From IMG/VR virus record IMGVR_UViG_2061766007_000442: a stretch of 64,000 nt of DNA; one strand, given 5' to 3'. The first letter of the stretch is position 1, and each line of letters opens with the position of its first letter. This document shows, in pieces, positions 27,748-41,674 of the stretch. This stretch comes from an uncultured virus (IMG/VR IMGVR_UViG_2061766007_000442) (Duplodnaviria > Heunggongvirae > Uroviricota > Caudoviricetes). A program made the translations under genes and the position numbers. A model generated the notes under the pieces. It was not told where the DNA came from. It searched no databases and was given only the letters and a program-made list of their open reading frames with translations.

Positions 27748-30700
27748 CTATCAAGGTGTATCATTTTTATTATAAGCATATTGATATGAAGTATCGGATA
27801 ACCCTAATAAAGCATTTTCAATTTCTTGAGCAGAATTTACATTTGGGAAATTAGCAGTAATTTCTACTCTTTGCTCAACATTTGAACCCTGAATTGTATT
27901 TTGTACTGCTCGTCCAATAGAAGCAACTAAACCATTACCGATGGCTGCGCCTTTAAGTTGTTCTGTAATTTGTCTCACAGCATCAACAGCCGCAAGTACG
28001 TTGCGGGTGTCATCAGCATTAAGAACTAACTCTTTTTCATGAAGCATCGCCATGCGGCCGCCTTTGCCTCATGCACCAGTATAACCACCAGTATCGAACA
28101 TTTGTTCTGGTTTAATCCATCCTAATGGCCCGCCACCAGGAGTTTCAATATGAACATAATATGCACCATAGCTACCTTGTGAACTATTACCATAAGGAGC
28201 TTTAGAGAATTTAGAAATCTTTACAGCGCCAGCCATCCCCGCAAGTTGGCTACCATAAGTACCATGACCCCAAGAATCTTCATGGTATATACCTCTAAAT
28301 CCTGTGCGGTCACCAGCTTTGCGGTCTGCTACAGCTTTACCTGTTCCGCTACCAGCCCCACTTCCAGAGCCACTACCTGACCCTCCATTTTTCAAATCAT
28401 TAATAGTAGTTTGTAATTGAGTATTAGTAGCTTGTAATTGTTTATTTTTAGCATTTAATTTATTTAATTCTTGTATATATTCACTAGCTTCATTTTTTGA
28501 ATCTGTTAGTTGCCTTTGTAGTGTAGCTACTGCATCTGCCGCATTAGTAATTGAACCACTCTTCTGCTCTAACAAATCAAAGAATTCTCCCATTGTTTCT
28601 GTCATATCTTCAATAGAAGTATTAACATCATTTACTTCATCTTCCATTTCATTTAATGGTCTAGCAATTGCTGCGTTAGCATCGCTTACCGCAGCTTCAA
28701 AATCTCAAACATTAGAAACAATAATGTCACGGGTTTCGTTTGCTTCATCTTGGAACTTACCTAAGCCGTCATCACCAATTCAGAACTTAACAGATGTATC
28801 AAATCTATCATCAACCATATCGAGAGTATCTGTTATGCCAGTCTGTAAATCTTGTGCAATATCTTGAACGGCTAAAGCATTTTCAACTTGNNNNNNNNNN
28901 GTTTAATGGTCTAGCAATTGCTGCATTAGCATCACTCACAGCAGCTTCAAAATCTCAAACATTAGAAACAATAGTATCACGAGTTTCATTTGCTTCATCT
29001 TGGAATTTACCTAAGCCATCATCGCCAATTCAGAACTTAACAGATGTATCAAACCTATCATCAACCATATCGAGAGTATCTGTTATACCAGTCTGTAAGT
29101 CTTGTGCAATATCTTGAACAGCTGAAGCATTTTCAACTTGCATTTGGAACGCCGCATCTATAAAGCTTTGAATCATATTTTTCTGTGACGTATCTAACTG
29201 CTCGCCCATTGCATTAAGATATTCATAACCGTCATCTATAATGCTTTGTGTAATAGCCGCAATTTGTTCTCTAGTAAGAGTCTGGTCATTAGCGGCTTTG
29301 CGAAGAGCATCACCCATATCTTGAATTTTCTTAATATAATTATCTTGAACATCTGCTTGCTGCTCTTTACTCATGTTATAAGCGTTCATAGTTGCATCGA
29401 GCAAATCATTTTCAGCTTCTCCAGTTTTATTCTGGTCGGCCGCATACACATATTGATAATTACCCTGACTGTCTCTACGAAGCTTCATAGTATTTTTGGC
29501 AGCTCGCGCGTCCTCTAAAGCAATAGTCTTTTGCAAAATTTCAAGTTGAGCATTTGCATAATCAACATCATACTTAGATAGATTTGTTTTCTCCCGCAAA
29601 TAAGCTAATTGTTCATTCATTTGGTCTGTGATTTGTTGCTGAATTGCAGGGTCTGTCGCATCATTTAACATTTGTTGATATTTATTTTGAAGTTTTTGAA
29701 TTTCATATGCTTTATTTAAATCATCTAAATACAAATCTTCATTCTCTTGGATACGTTCTCATTGGTCAGCCATATATTCTAATGGTACATTAACACCATT
29801 AATCATACCATTGAAATTATTTAACCAATTATCAACAGCCAAATCATTAGCTGCTTCTTTGGCATCTTTATAGGCTTCTGCGATTTTTTCTCTAGTATCA
29901 AGAATATCATTATCTATTTCACGTTCTTTATCTAAGGCATCTAAATATTCTTCTTGTGCCGTTTTATTTTCTGGGTCAGCTTCAGCTAACTGTCGCCGCA
30001 ATTCTACCATTTGATGATGTAGTTCACGTTCTTTTTCAAGTTCTTTTAATCTATTTTCTTCGTTTTGTGCTTGCATATTATATAAATTAACTTGTTGAGC
30101 TGTCGCTTGATCACCATAAATTAATTCACTAATATTTTGAATATGCTCAATTTTATCTCCAATAGCATCTAAATCATCTTGTCGCTTTTGGATATTATTA
30201 TCAAGCATTTCTGACATATCTTCAATATCTTTTTTAGCATCTTGAATAGCACCGTCTAAATTAGAGAATAAATCATTAGCATCATCTAATGCTTCTTTCA
30301 TCATGTCTTGCAAAGCTTGTTCATTATAACTCTTTTGACCATCTAACATGTAATAGCCATTAGTTGCTCATTGTTCTTGCATTTCTGCAATTTCTTTTAA
30401 TCTTTGTTGATTAAGTGCCAATACAGAAGTTCCACCTTCTGCTTCTGCTTCTTTTAAGAGAGCAATCTGTTTCTTATAATAATCTTTCATTTCTTTTGAA
30501 GTAGCTTTAGCAAGTCTATCTTCATAATCAGCAATCCACTGTGCTAATTCATTTTGAAGCCCTTCGCCGCCAATTAATTCTTCGATGCGGCCCATGTCAA
30601 TATTGAAGTTTAATTCTGGAAGTTCGCCGCCAAGATTATTAAATGTTTTATTGATTTCACGTTCAGTTTTACGAATTTCATCTAGGCTTTCGGCAGCTTC

Positions 30701-33700
30701 TCTGCGGGCCTTGCGAGCCTCTTCTGCAATATCTTCTAGTCTATCTTGAATTTCTTTTAATGCTTTGTCTGTAGCAGGAATATCTTTAGACCATAATGTA
30801 TCATAACGTTGATATAATTTTTCAAAAGTAGATTGTTGTTTTTCTATACGTTGTATAGCTTCTTCGGCTGCTTTTTGTCCTGCTTCTGTGGTAGCTGCAT
30901 TATATTTTTTATAAGCATCCGCACGTGCTTTTTCAAGATTATCAAATATTTTAGCGTAATTTTGTAATTGACCATTAGCAGCAAATTTAGCACCATAGTC
31001 TTTAGCTAATTGATCACGTAATTCTTTGGCTTCAGCTTTTTGAATTTCAAGTTTCTTTTCATACCAAGGTACTTGTTCTTTAAGTAATTTAGTTTCTTTT
31101 GCAAGATTATCTGCTCAACGAGTACCAATAAGACGATCTTGATCCATTGTAAGATTTTGAATTGAAGAATCAATTTTATCAATGGCGGTGTTGACTTTTT
31201 CATAGCGGTCTTTTTCTTTCTTTTCAAAATCTTTTTTCTTTGGCTCGTAGGATTTACCTTTTCCTCCGCCGCCACCTTTACCGCCACCGCCGCCACCACT
31301 GCCACCACTACGACCATGAGCAGCATTATTATATTTAGCACTACCTGTGGAACTTTTACGTATACTTCCTGATTTAATTTTAACTTTACCGCCACTACTT
31401 TTACCTGTTTTTTGGCCTGTAAATTGAATACCAGAAGCTGTGGTTTTTTTAGTTCCAGAGGCTGGAACAGGTTTTGGTACACTTTCTATTGAATATGATC
31501 TAACTGTGGCAGATGCTCCTTCACCGGTTGGTGGCAATGCATCATTTCTTTCAACTGGTTTAAGAGTTGTTTCTCAATTAACACCAGTTTGAGTTTCCTC
31601 TTCTTCGCTTTCTACAGGAACAAGTTCAGCATCTAATCCCATAGAAGCAAGCAATGATTCTGCTTCTGAAGCAGTCATATCTGCAGCATCAATAATACTA
31701 TTTAATTCTTCTTCTAATCCTTCAGATTCAACATGAGCTCCAATACGTATTTCATCATAATTAGATTGATCAATTAATCTATCTAATTCTGCAAATTCGG
31801 CCTGAGCACTTGCTTCATCAAAACCAGCATGAACCAATATATCTTGAGCAGCTCTTGCTGCCAATTCATCGTAAGCATCTATATCACCGTGTATTGCTTT
31901 TTCTAATAGTTCAAGATTTTCAGGATCTGCCGTAAAACTACCACTTAAATCAGTATCTTCAGATAAATCCAACAAATCTTTATAAACTTCATTTAATTCT
32001 GAAGTGGTAGTTGCTACACTTTGTGCATCAGCATCTGCATCGTTTAAAACATCTCTTCAATCATCGATACTTTCAGTAGTTCTTTCTATAGCTGAATCAA
32101 ATCTTAAAATTTCTTCAGCTGCTTCACCAGAAAGTTCAGCATTATCTACTAATGCTTCATCAAAATCTTCTAAATCTCCAGCAGCGCTGGCTAAATATTC
32201 TGATAATTGTTTATATGATTCTAAATCAACATCAGAATCTATTTCTTCTTCTGTAGTTGCTTCTAATTGATCTTTAACTGATTGAGTATTTAAAGTTAAA
32301 TCAATAGGATGTTCATTAAGATAATTTTGTAATTGATCATATAAATCATCTACATTATTAAATCCTAATTCTATAGCTGTTTCGTTACTAATTTTATTTA
32401 AATCAAATGTTTCTCCGCTCGCAGCAAAAGCAGCTAAAGCTTCATTATCAAATGTACCTTCTCCTGCAAAAATATCAGCAAACTTATCTCCACCAGCTTC
32501 TGCTGCATTTTCATAAGCATCTAATAATGGTTTTGTAATTGCTCCAGAATTTTCTTGAATATTGTCTGCAATAGCTTGAGCAATATATGCATTACGAATT
32601 TGTTCTTCTAATTCTTTAGTAGATAAATCATTAATAGCTGTTGCTTCTTGTTTATCTGCATTGTATCATTTGCCATTACGAGTATTATAAGTTATACCCT
32701 CTCCAAATACATTATGTTCAGCTGCTCATTGATTTCTTGCAGTTTCATCTAATTGTGCTTTATTATAAGCTTCAATACCAGCTTGAATATATTTATTAGT
32801 ACTACTATCTCCATATTCTGAAGCCTGTAAAGCTGCATCAATTTCTCTTTCAGCCTGCCCTTGTAACCCTGCAGATAATTGTTGATAATTTTCATCATTA
32901 GCTAATAACATAGAAGCCCGAGCTTGCGCTGTTCTTTCTAATTGAGCACTATTTTTTTCTAATGCTTGATAAACATCGCCTAATGCTTTAATATTATCAT
33001 TTGTTGATGTAATTTCTTCTGCTATTGTTTCTGATATTCCAGCATCAATTAATGCTTGTTTTCAAGCTTCTTTATCATCACCAAGGGTATCAACTTTTTC
33101 ACCATAAACTTGTGCAGCTGTTTCTAAAATTTTCCACATTGCTTCATCATCTACAGAAGCGGTAACAAGACCTCCAGAACCCCCATTTGTATAAGTAGTA
33201 TTAGCCGTTTCAATACGACCAAAATCTTGATGAATTGCATCCATCATAATTTTATGGCGTTCTGCTTCTAAAACACCAGCTTGAGATCTTGCAACATTAA
33301 CTTGCGCACCTTCCATTGCACTTTGCGCATTTTTTTGTGCAATATCTAATCCTTCTTCACTAATTGTTAATTGTCCATATTTACCACGGTCTATATAATC
33401 AATTAATTCTGGATATTCTTCAATTAAATCTAATATTTGCTGATTTGCTTCAAGCAATGCATCAGTTCATTCTATAGTACCTCGTGTTAAATTTTTAAAA
33501 GGATCTTGAGTATCATCTGTTAATTTTTCAATAGCTTCATTTAATTTATCTAATCTTTCAGTTGCAATATCTAATTGTTCGTTTGTTGCTGTTAAATCAT
33601 CCTTTGCATCTTGTAATGCTGTATCAAATCTATAATAATTATCATGAGCTTGTTTTACAGATAAAGCAATAGCACCAATGGTAGCAGCTATAACTCCAAC

Positions 33701-36682
33701 AGCTGCAATAAAAGGTCAAACAGGAGCTATAGCAGCTCAAATTGAAGCAGCTAATTCTTTAAAAGCTCAACTAGCACCTTTAGTTGTAATTGTCATACCA
33801 GTTTCAGTAGCTGCTGTTACAACGTTAGCTTCAGATTGTCCTGATAAAGCTGCTATTAATGCAATTTCTTGTTTAGTTAATTCTTTTTTACCTTTAGTAA
33901 CTGCAATAGTGGTCATTACATTTTGTAAATCTTCTTGTGAACTAGCTTTTTTTGCCATTACGCCAGCTTGAACCCCTATTGTTTCTTTAATCAAAGCAGT
34001 TCTATTTTTTTGCTTGCTTAATGTATTGGCTTCTTGAGCAATTGTTTCTAAATTAACCGCTAAAATACTATCTCGAGTTAATTTAATTAAATTAGCTATT
34101 AATGGACCAACCATAGCTGTTGCCAAGCCAAATCCCATTAATCCTTGTTCTAATTTTTCAAATGGACTCAAAGTTTCATCATGTATAGATTCCATAGCAC
34201 TACGTATACTTTGTATAGCAAAAACAATGGACATCGCTCCACTTCCAATATTAGCTACAGTATTAGCAAATTGTTGTGCAGATGCGGCCGCCGCAAAACC
34301 TTGCATTTCAGCAGAAGAAACTTGAGCTGCTGCACCCATTTGTTCCATTGCAATTTTATCTTGTTCTAAAACTCCACGTATATGTATACCTTCTTGACCA
34401 AGTCTTTTTAGGGATTCATAAAATTGAGTAGTGTTCATACTAGCATTTTTAATTGCTTGAGTTAATTCACTTTTTTGTTTTATTTCTCCTTGTTCAATTT
34501 TAGTTAATATTTCACTAGTTTTTGCTAATTGTTGTTTTCTTTCTGCTGATAATGCTTCTGATGCTGATAATTCTTTAATAATACCATTTAAAGCAGCTGC
34601 TTGTGATTGTCAACGTTGCATATTTGTTGTTTGTTCACTGACATGTTTAGAAGTTTGTGTAAAACCATCAGCTAACCTAGTAAGACCAGTAGCTAATGTT
34701 TGCATATCTCTTTCTAAAGCTTTATATAATTCATCTGTTGCAGCATTATATGCAACGCCATCTGCTTCTGCCTCGGCTAACATTTTAACTGCAGTTGCAT
34801 ACCTTTTAGCCATATCAGCTCCACCTTCAAGCTGATTACCAGTAGCTCTAATAGCAATTTCTACTGTTTCTAAAGTAGATTTAAATTTATCTTCTGCAAT
34901 TGCAGCTTCTGTCATAATAGAAATATGTTTGCCAGCACTTTCATTTAATCTATTCAATTGTTCTTGAGAAAAACTTCCCATATTTTTTTGAACAGCAGCA
35001 ATATTATTTGCCATACTATTCATGTATTTAGAATCAGTATTAACCCCTAATCCAGACAATTGTTGTTTAGCTTGAAAAATTTGAGTATTCATATTTTGTT
35101 GTGCTAATTGATTTGTCTGTCTATTTAAAACTGTGTTTCCAATACCACGAGCAATATTATTAGCAAATACTTTCGTCAAAACAGCCCCAAGAGCTGTTAA
35201 AGCTGCATCTCCACCACCAATAGCTTGAATTAAATTATCAAAAGTATCAGCAAGTGCTTGTGCAGCATCAATTAATCCATAAAAATCATCAGTATTAAAT
35301 GCTTTAGTAAAAATACCTTCTACCGTTGCACTTAAAGCATTTAAACGACCCTCCATTGAATTACGATAAGTTTCTTGCATCCTATCATAAGTATCAGTAC
35401 CAACTTCTGCTTGTGAAACTTTTAATGATTTTTCATAAATATCAGCACTATTCATTAATGCTTCAAAACGCGCTAATTGAAAACGTCCAGCAACAGTTTT
35501 AGCTAAAGCTGCTCTTTGAGTTTGATCTAAATCTTGTCATACTCCCATTAAATCTTGAATAATATCACCGGCATCTCTTAAATTACCAGCTTGATCAAGA
35601 ACTTCTACACCAACTTTTTCAATTGCTTTGGCAAATGATCCTAAATCAACACCATCTTCTAAAGTTTCACCTAATTTAACATCAGCAATACGTGAATAAA
35701 TAGTTTTTAAACCATTACCAATATTTTCTGGTGCTTCACGAGTAGTAGCTTCAATGGCTGCAATATGAGCAGCAAATTGATCCATATCTACACCAACTGT
35801 AGTAGCTACTGCCGCAGCTTTCTGAGAAGCGACTGATAATTCTTCAACACTAACCGCAGCATTGTTCGCTACAGCTGCTCATTTAGATACAGCATTGCCT
35901 AAATCTTCTAACGGAATTTTAAAAGCGTTCATATAGGCAGTAATTTCATCAGAAGCCATCGCAGAATCTTGTCCAGAAACATTTGCTAAGTGAACAGCAT
36001 ACTCACCTAATTGAGTAGAAGTTTCCAAACTATGACCTTGACGAATAAATACCTCTGTTGCATTAGTCATTTGAACAGTTGTACCACCAAGTTTTTTAGC
36101 AGCTTCATTTGCTTGAATAGCAAAATTATTCATAGATTCTCGCGATGAAGCTGTAACCATTTGGATATTAGTTAAAGATTTATCTAAATCTTTAACATAT
36201 TGTACAGATTTATGAATACTATTCATCATACCGCTAAATACACTAGCAATCATACCCCATCTAAACGTATTGCCAAATGTATTCATAATTTTATCTGTAG
36301 CTGAAGAAACTTGCTTCATTCCAGTATTAATCTTGGTTAATTGGCCATACATTTGACCAAATGCTCGCACTCCTTGCGGCCCCATGCGTGAAAAACTTTG
36401 ATAATATCCATTTAAAGTTTGTCCGCCACGTATTAATTCAGAGTTAAATTTTTTCAAATCTAACATACCTAATTTACCATTAAAAGCACGTGTTAAAGCA
36501 GTTTCTACTTGTTTAATATCTTTCATAGTTTGTTGAAAGACACTTTGTGGAATTAATCCAGAAGCATTTTTAGTAACTAAACTAGTTTGTAAAGAAGCTA
36601 ACTCTGCTTTTAATTTGGCTATACCAGAACTATCTAATGTTGTTCTAATTTGATACTCTACAGTATTTGAATACTTCGCCAA
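27748..36682 (-). CDS. Tail tape measure protein, ~2,890 aa (code 4; ~250 nt duplicated at 28651-28900)
   Basis: TTG start after AAAGGTG. TP901-type TMP core (TTREAPENIGNGLKTIYSR), long Ala/Gln helical regions and a hydrophobic segment. C-terminal FDTGGYTGA-[TGA]-G...MAMLHEKELVL. About 20 in-frame TGA. Confidence 0.9.
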
Positions 36683-36873
36683 TGTTCTCACCTTTCTATA
36701 TGAATAGTCTAGTGAGAACTCCAAGAGTCTCACTGAACTTCCTTTTATCTCTAACTAATTAAAGTAGTATATACCCTAACTAATATAAAAGAAAATAAAA
36801 GAAAATAATAAAAAAACGCCCTGCGGCAGCTACACCACAGGGCATCTGATTAATTTTAGCTAAAATTAATTAA

Positions 36874-37401
36874 TTATAAAAGGCTATCTTCAAGTTTTGT
36901 TTCTATTTTTTCTTCCATAGGTAAACGGTTATTCATTCCCCATTCATCTGCAATTTTTAATATATCAAATACTCCAGATTCAGTAGAAGCATCTCGTAAT
37001 TGAGTTGCAGCATTTTGAACGATAGTGCCACTTAATTCTTGAATAGTATTTAATAAACCACGAGCAGAAATAGTATATTTATTATATTCTTCAAACCAAC
37101 GCTGTGCATTTTCACTTAAATCATCAAGCGCTTCCGCATAATTAATAACTAATTCATCTATTGTACCATCTTCAACTAAGCGTTCTCAAGCTTCAATAAT
37201 ACCTTTGGCAACCAATGAAGAAATTTCATCTTTACGGTCATCATTAAGTACAATCGCTGCGAAACAATACAAAGCACGTTCAAAAATAAATGAATTTAAA
37301 AATCCATTTTCTTCTGCGGCTTGAATAGCAAATGTAATAATATCAAACTGTGCAGCAGAAGATAATGCAGATGTTTTTTCTTTATTTAAATCTAATGACA
37401 T
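36874..37401 (-). CDS. Putative tail assembly chaperone, 175 aa (code 4)
   Basis: AGGAGG RBS, reads through TGA at 37186, located just before the tape measure gene. Confidence 0.5.
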
Positions 37402-37429
37402 TATTCCTCCTTTTATCTCTATATAAAAT

Positions 37430-37458
37430 ATTATACCATAAAATTTTTTATTTGTCTA
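37430..37458 (-). promoter_or_regulatory. sigma70-type promoter
   Basis: TAGACA-17-TATAAT with extended -10 TG. Confidence 0.5.
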
Positions 37459-38790
37459 TATACCTTTTAACAAACTATAATTTAATGAAATAGAAATTTT
37501 AGCACTTTGTCATTTTTGTTGAATATTAGTCATCACTTGTTCAGAACGTTGCTGACGTTCTTCAGGACTTGGTTGATATGCTTTTCATTGTTCTGCTACA
37601 AAAGTACTTCTTGTAAGAACAAATTTATTCTCAACAAATGATAAATCTGCTAAACTATTATCCATAAAAACTTGAATAAGAACTTGAGATATAGGAAATA
37701 CTTCTTTATTTATAATCAAATAATTAACTGAACTACCTATATTAGAATAATCACCTGCTATATAATCTGCTAATAATAATCTATATGCATTTGTAATTGT
37801 TTCTTTTCATGCATCTTGTAATATTGCATTAGTTCAATGTCCAGAGGGTTTTAAATTTTTTGTTTGCGCAGTATCAGAATCGCTAGCTACACCAGCTGCT
37901 AAATTAAGTAAAAATTCTAAACTTCCTGGATAAGCCGTATTTAACATAGCATTTAAAGTAGTGTTTTGAATATGTACTTTATTTCCTTTTGCAATTTTAG
38001 AACTAAAACCAACATGCGTCCAATTAGCTTGAACATTACCACCATTTTCATTCATTTTTACCATTAAATGTACATCTTCTTTTGATTGTGTGGACAGTGA
38101 TGCTAAAGCTCGTTCTAAACGTGCAATTTCTGTTTGTAATTTAGGATCATTGGTTTGTTTACCTAATCCACTAATACCAGAAGTACCTCCAACATTAACT
38201 GCTAAAAATGCTTTATTACCTCTTGATAATGCACTTACTAATCCAGCTATATTAGCAAGTTCTCCTAAAGCACCACGAACATTATTAAATATACCATCTA
38301 AAATATTTAAAATACTAGATTCTGTTTTATTTTTCTTTTTAGCTTTAACATGTCCAAAAGAAGTAGATTGAGTTTTAATTCTATTTTCTAATTCTTCTAA
38401 TGATAATTGTGCTCTTTCCAACTGCCTAATAGAATCTTGAGTATATCCTCCTATGCTAGTAGCATAATTCATAACTCTTTCCATTAAACTATTTACATGA
38501 GTGTTTAATATATGAATATAATCACCATTATTTCTAAATTTTGATTCTACATTCCTTAATTGTGACATTAAAACATTAATATCATTAACTAATTGTACAC
38601 CTTGTTGTGCTTCTTTACTAGATGTTATAATATCTCCAATATTAATATCTAACAAATCTTTCATTGCATGTTCAACAGGCACACTAGCTTTAATTTTATT
38701 GATATATTTACCTGCAATATTTCCTTTAATTGCATTTACTAAAGTCATAGGATCACGATTAAAATCACCATAAAATAAATTAAGATACAT
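37456..38790 (-). CDS. Hypothetical virion-region protein, 444 aa (code 4)
   Basis: ORF 37834..38790 continues through four TGA to TAG at 37456. GGAGGTG RBS. Confidence 0.65.
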
Positions 38791-38824
38791 TAAAACTCAC
38801 CTCCTTCTACTTTAATTATACAAG

Positions 38825-38856
38825 AAAAAGGGGCGTCCGCACGGGACACCCCTTTT
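38825..38856. terminator. Intrinsic terminator after tail tube gene
   Basis: AAAAGGGGCGTCC-gcac-GGGACACCCCTTTT hairpin with T-tracts on both sides. Confidence 0.7.
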
Positions 38857-38870
38857 CAATTTGAACATAT

Positions 38871-40166
38871 TTAGTCTTTTGTATAATATGTCTTTCCTGT
38901 AGCAGGTGTAGTATCCTCAGTAAGAGTATATACATCTCCATCCTTCTCATACCATCCTTGTTCAGAAGGATTACCTGAAGGATTAGTAACTGCAGTATAT
39001 GTATCTTCAGTGTCACCTTGATCATCATCTGTATCACTACTACCAAAAATACTCTTACGCTCATAAATATTATTATAATATTCATCGCTATCCATAATTC
39101 TATCATTATCAAATGGAGCAGCAGTAGCGGTTGCACTATAACGACCAGCATGACCAAGAATACTTTCATCAGCATAATTGTGACCAGCAGCTTGAGGATC
39201 AATAATCTGAAGAGCAGCCATAACTTTCTTTGTCTTGTCAAACTTAGTATAAGCTGGGAAAGCGTCAATTGTAAACGTAAATGTTGACGGATCACCAGAG
39301 TTGGCCATTGTAAATGTAAAGTTAGACTGAATCTTACCACGTGGAATTATAAACTCAGCAGGGAAGTCCTGACCAGTAGCTTCATCACGGAATAGTGTTG
39401 AAGCCTCAATGTAATAATAACCACCAAATGTTTCAGCATCAATCTGAAGTTCTTGTGCAGTAGCACCATAAACTGCGTAACAATCAATACGAACTGTATC
39501 GCCAGCTTTAATATCTCCTTCAGTATATTGACCAGTAGCCCTATTAGGTGCTGTATAAGTAAGCATAAATTTAATTTTATCATTTGCAGCTAATGCATTT
39601 TCACCATTTTTAATGACACCCTTGGCATCAATATTAACTGCAGTATCATCTTCTTCACCAACGATAAAAATTTCACCAGCAGTAATAGCGCTAAGAGAAA
39701 GTTTTTGAGCACCAGCACTATCAAGAGTGGTTGCATAGATAGGAGCTTCAATAGAAGCTACTAATTGAGCACCATTACGAATATCCCCATCAAGAATGGC
39801 ATAATATGCACCCTCTGTACCTTCAACAACAAGGTCATATGTTTGATGAACATAAATTTTCTTACCGTTAGCAGCGTCAGAACCCTTAACAACACCAGCG
39901 CCAGAAAGCATATGGAAACTTAAGGGAGACATTAGTGCATCTTCAACGGTAAATGTAAGTGTTTTCTCACCGTCCCAACCAATTAGACGAGGATTACCTT
40001 TACCACCCTGAGCATATACAGTTGTTGAAGCACCTTCGAGTGAAGATGTTTTTGCTGTGTCCAAATAAAGGACCGGCTGCATGGCATCAAAGTGTTGGTT
40101 ACCAATGTCTACAGCGGCAAGGGGCTTGAAAACAACATCGCAAATCTCGCGAACACCAAATCGCAT
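38871..40166 (-). CDS. Major tail (tube) protein, 431 aa
   Basis: MRFGVREICDVVFK...YAQGGKGNPRLIGWDGEK...QSNFTFTMANSGDPSTFTFTIDAFP. Position in the operon fits. No TGA. Confidence 0.8.
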   Translation of the reverse strand: MRFGVREICDVVFKPLAAVDIGNQHFDAMQPVLYLDTAKTSSLEGASTTVYAQGGKGNPRLIGWDGEKTLTFTVEDALMSPLSFHMLSGAGVVKGSDAANGKKIYVHQTYDLVVEGTEGAYYAILDGDIRNGAQLVASIEAPIYATTLDSAGAQKLSLSAITAGEIFIVGEEDDTAVNIDAKGVIKNGENALAANDKIKFMLTYTAPNRATGQYTEGDIKAGDTVRIDCYAVYGATAQELQIDAETFGGYYYIEASTLFRDEATGQDFPAEFIIPRGKIQSNFTFTMANSGDPSTFTFTIDAFPAYTKFDKTKKVMAALQIIDPQAAGHNYADESILGHAGRYSATATAAPFDNDRIMDSDEYYNNIYERKSIFGSSDTDDDQGDTEDTYTAVTNPSGNPSEQGWYEKDGDVYTLTEDTTPATGKTYYTKD

Positions 40167-40280
40167 GTGTTTTCCTCCTTTAGAAAAAATTTGTATACAT
40201 ATTTTTCCTTAGTAATTATTTTAACTCGCGCAAATTAAAATAATTTCTATATAATAAATTTGGCCAAGGCACCAAAATTA

Positions 40281-41048
40281 TTATTTATATAGTGTTCTAA
40301 ACCACTCATCAGGCTCTTCCATTTTAGAAACATCCATCAAAGGGGTTGTAGCAACCTTAGAATAAAAATCGCTAGAGACTTTTGCAAAATAACGATTAAA
40401 AGCATCATATAATTGAAAAGGTGTATAATTATAAAAGATATTTACATCCATCTGCATTCCAATAGCAAGAATAGAAGTATACCTTCCAAATAATGAGTGT
40501 GCGCCTTCATCCCTTTGATGCGCTACCTTTTCTCGACCACGTTTAATCTTTGCGGCAATCTCCGCGGCTTTTTGGTTAACAGGATTATAATCTTTATCTT
40601 GTTCATTTTGCGGCTCAAATAAATCATTTATTATATTTGATAAAAATTCAAAATTAAATGGTGTTATGCGGCCGCACGGTTTTTTCTTTCCTTCTTCTTC
40701 TTCAATCAAAAAAAGAATAGACGAATCGTCAAATTTAATTTCATAGTCAGGAAAAATTAATTCAAATAACTTATCAACTGAACTTTTAATCAAAGGTTCG
40801 TTTTTAAGTATCATCATAAGTAATTGAAAATCTGATATTATTTCTAATTGAGAATTGCCCTCCCGTACTTCTTTTGTTAAATTTTCAGGGTGAGCAAGAA
40901 TATTAGTAATAACTAAAAATTCGTCTTCTCCAAACATTACCACGTCCCGCACCTTTGGTTGTGTTAAAATAATATTACAATCAGGTATCGGAATAGGTGC
41001 ACCAGATAAATATAATCCTACTTGTTTTATATCTCCTTTTATCGCCAT
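40281..41048 (-). CDS. Conserved tail-region protein, 255 aa
   Basis: Intact ORF between the tail terminator-like gene and the tail tube. Confidence 0.6.
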   Translation of the reverse strand: MAIKGDIKQVGLYLSGAPIPIPDCNIILTQPKVRDVVMFGEDEFLVITNILAHPENLTKEVREGNSQLEIISDFQLLMMILKNEPLIKSSVDKLFELIFPDYEIKFDDSSILFLIEEEEGKKKPCGRITPFNFEFLSNIINDLFEPQNEQDKDYNPVNQKAAEIAAKIKRGREKVAHQRDEGAHSLFGRYTSILAIGMQMDVNIFYNYTPFQLYDAFNRYFAKVSSDFYSKVATTPLMDVSKMEEPDEWFRTLYK

Positions 41049-41059
41049 AATACACCGGC

Positions 41060-41674
41060 CTAACTCTCAGGGTAGGTGTAAGCAGATGGTATATCATCAT
41101 TAACTTTTTCTCTGTCATCATTACCATGCGTTGCACGATAACGAATTAACATACCACCCAAATATTCATTAAGAACTACCTCTTGTGCTCCCATAAACTG
41201 TAAAGTACCAATACCACTTAGTCTAGTTTGATTCATCAAACCATCAATGTACCCCGCAATCTGATATGGACGCAATTTATAATCTTCTAATTCTCAATAA
41301 TCCAAATGACAAATAATAGTAAAACTAATAATACAATCTCTATAATGCGGATTTTCTGTAGGTGTAAAACTATCAAATTCTAAAAGAATATAAGATTTTA
41401 CTTCTTCGTGCTCAGGAAATGTCAATTTTGGCACTGTCCGCAAATACTTACCATCTTTAAGGTCATGTAATGTTTTCTTATCTATTATCTCTTGGAATTG
41501 TCGTTGAGTATCATCAAGGCAATTTGGCGTATTGACTACCAACAACCTTTTCAATTTATCACTATAAGGTCTACTTTCTACAAATAGTTTACGCCAAATT
41601 GTCTCTTGATCAACCTCGCAAGAAAGGAAGGTATTTTTGAAGTTTTTAGCTAACAATACCGATGCGTTCTTCAT
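41060..41674 (-). CDS. Putative tail completion/terminator protein, 204 aa (code 4)
   Basis: ORFs 41294..41674 and 41060..41275 join: ICHLDY-[TGA]-ELEDYKLRPY. Confidence 0.65.

Noticed and set aside
28651..29140. ~240-nt direct repeat in the tape measure gene
   Set aside because: Near-identical copies separated by a 10-N gap with scattered SNPs, i.e. a haplotype bubble.
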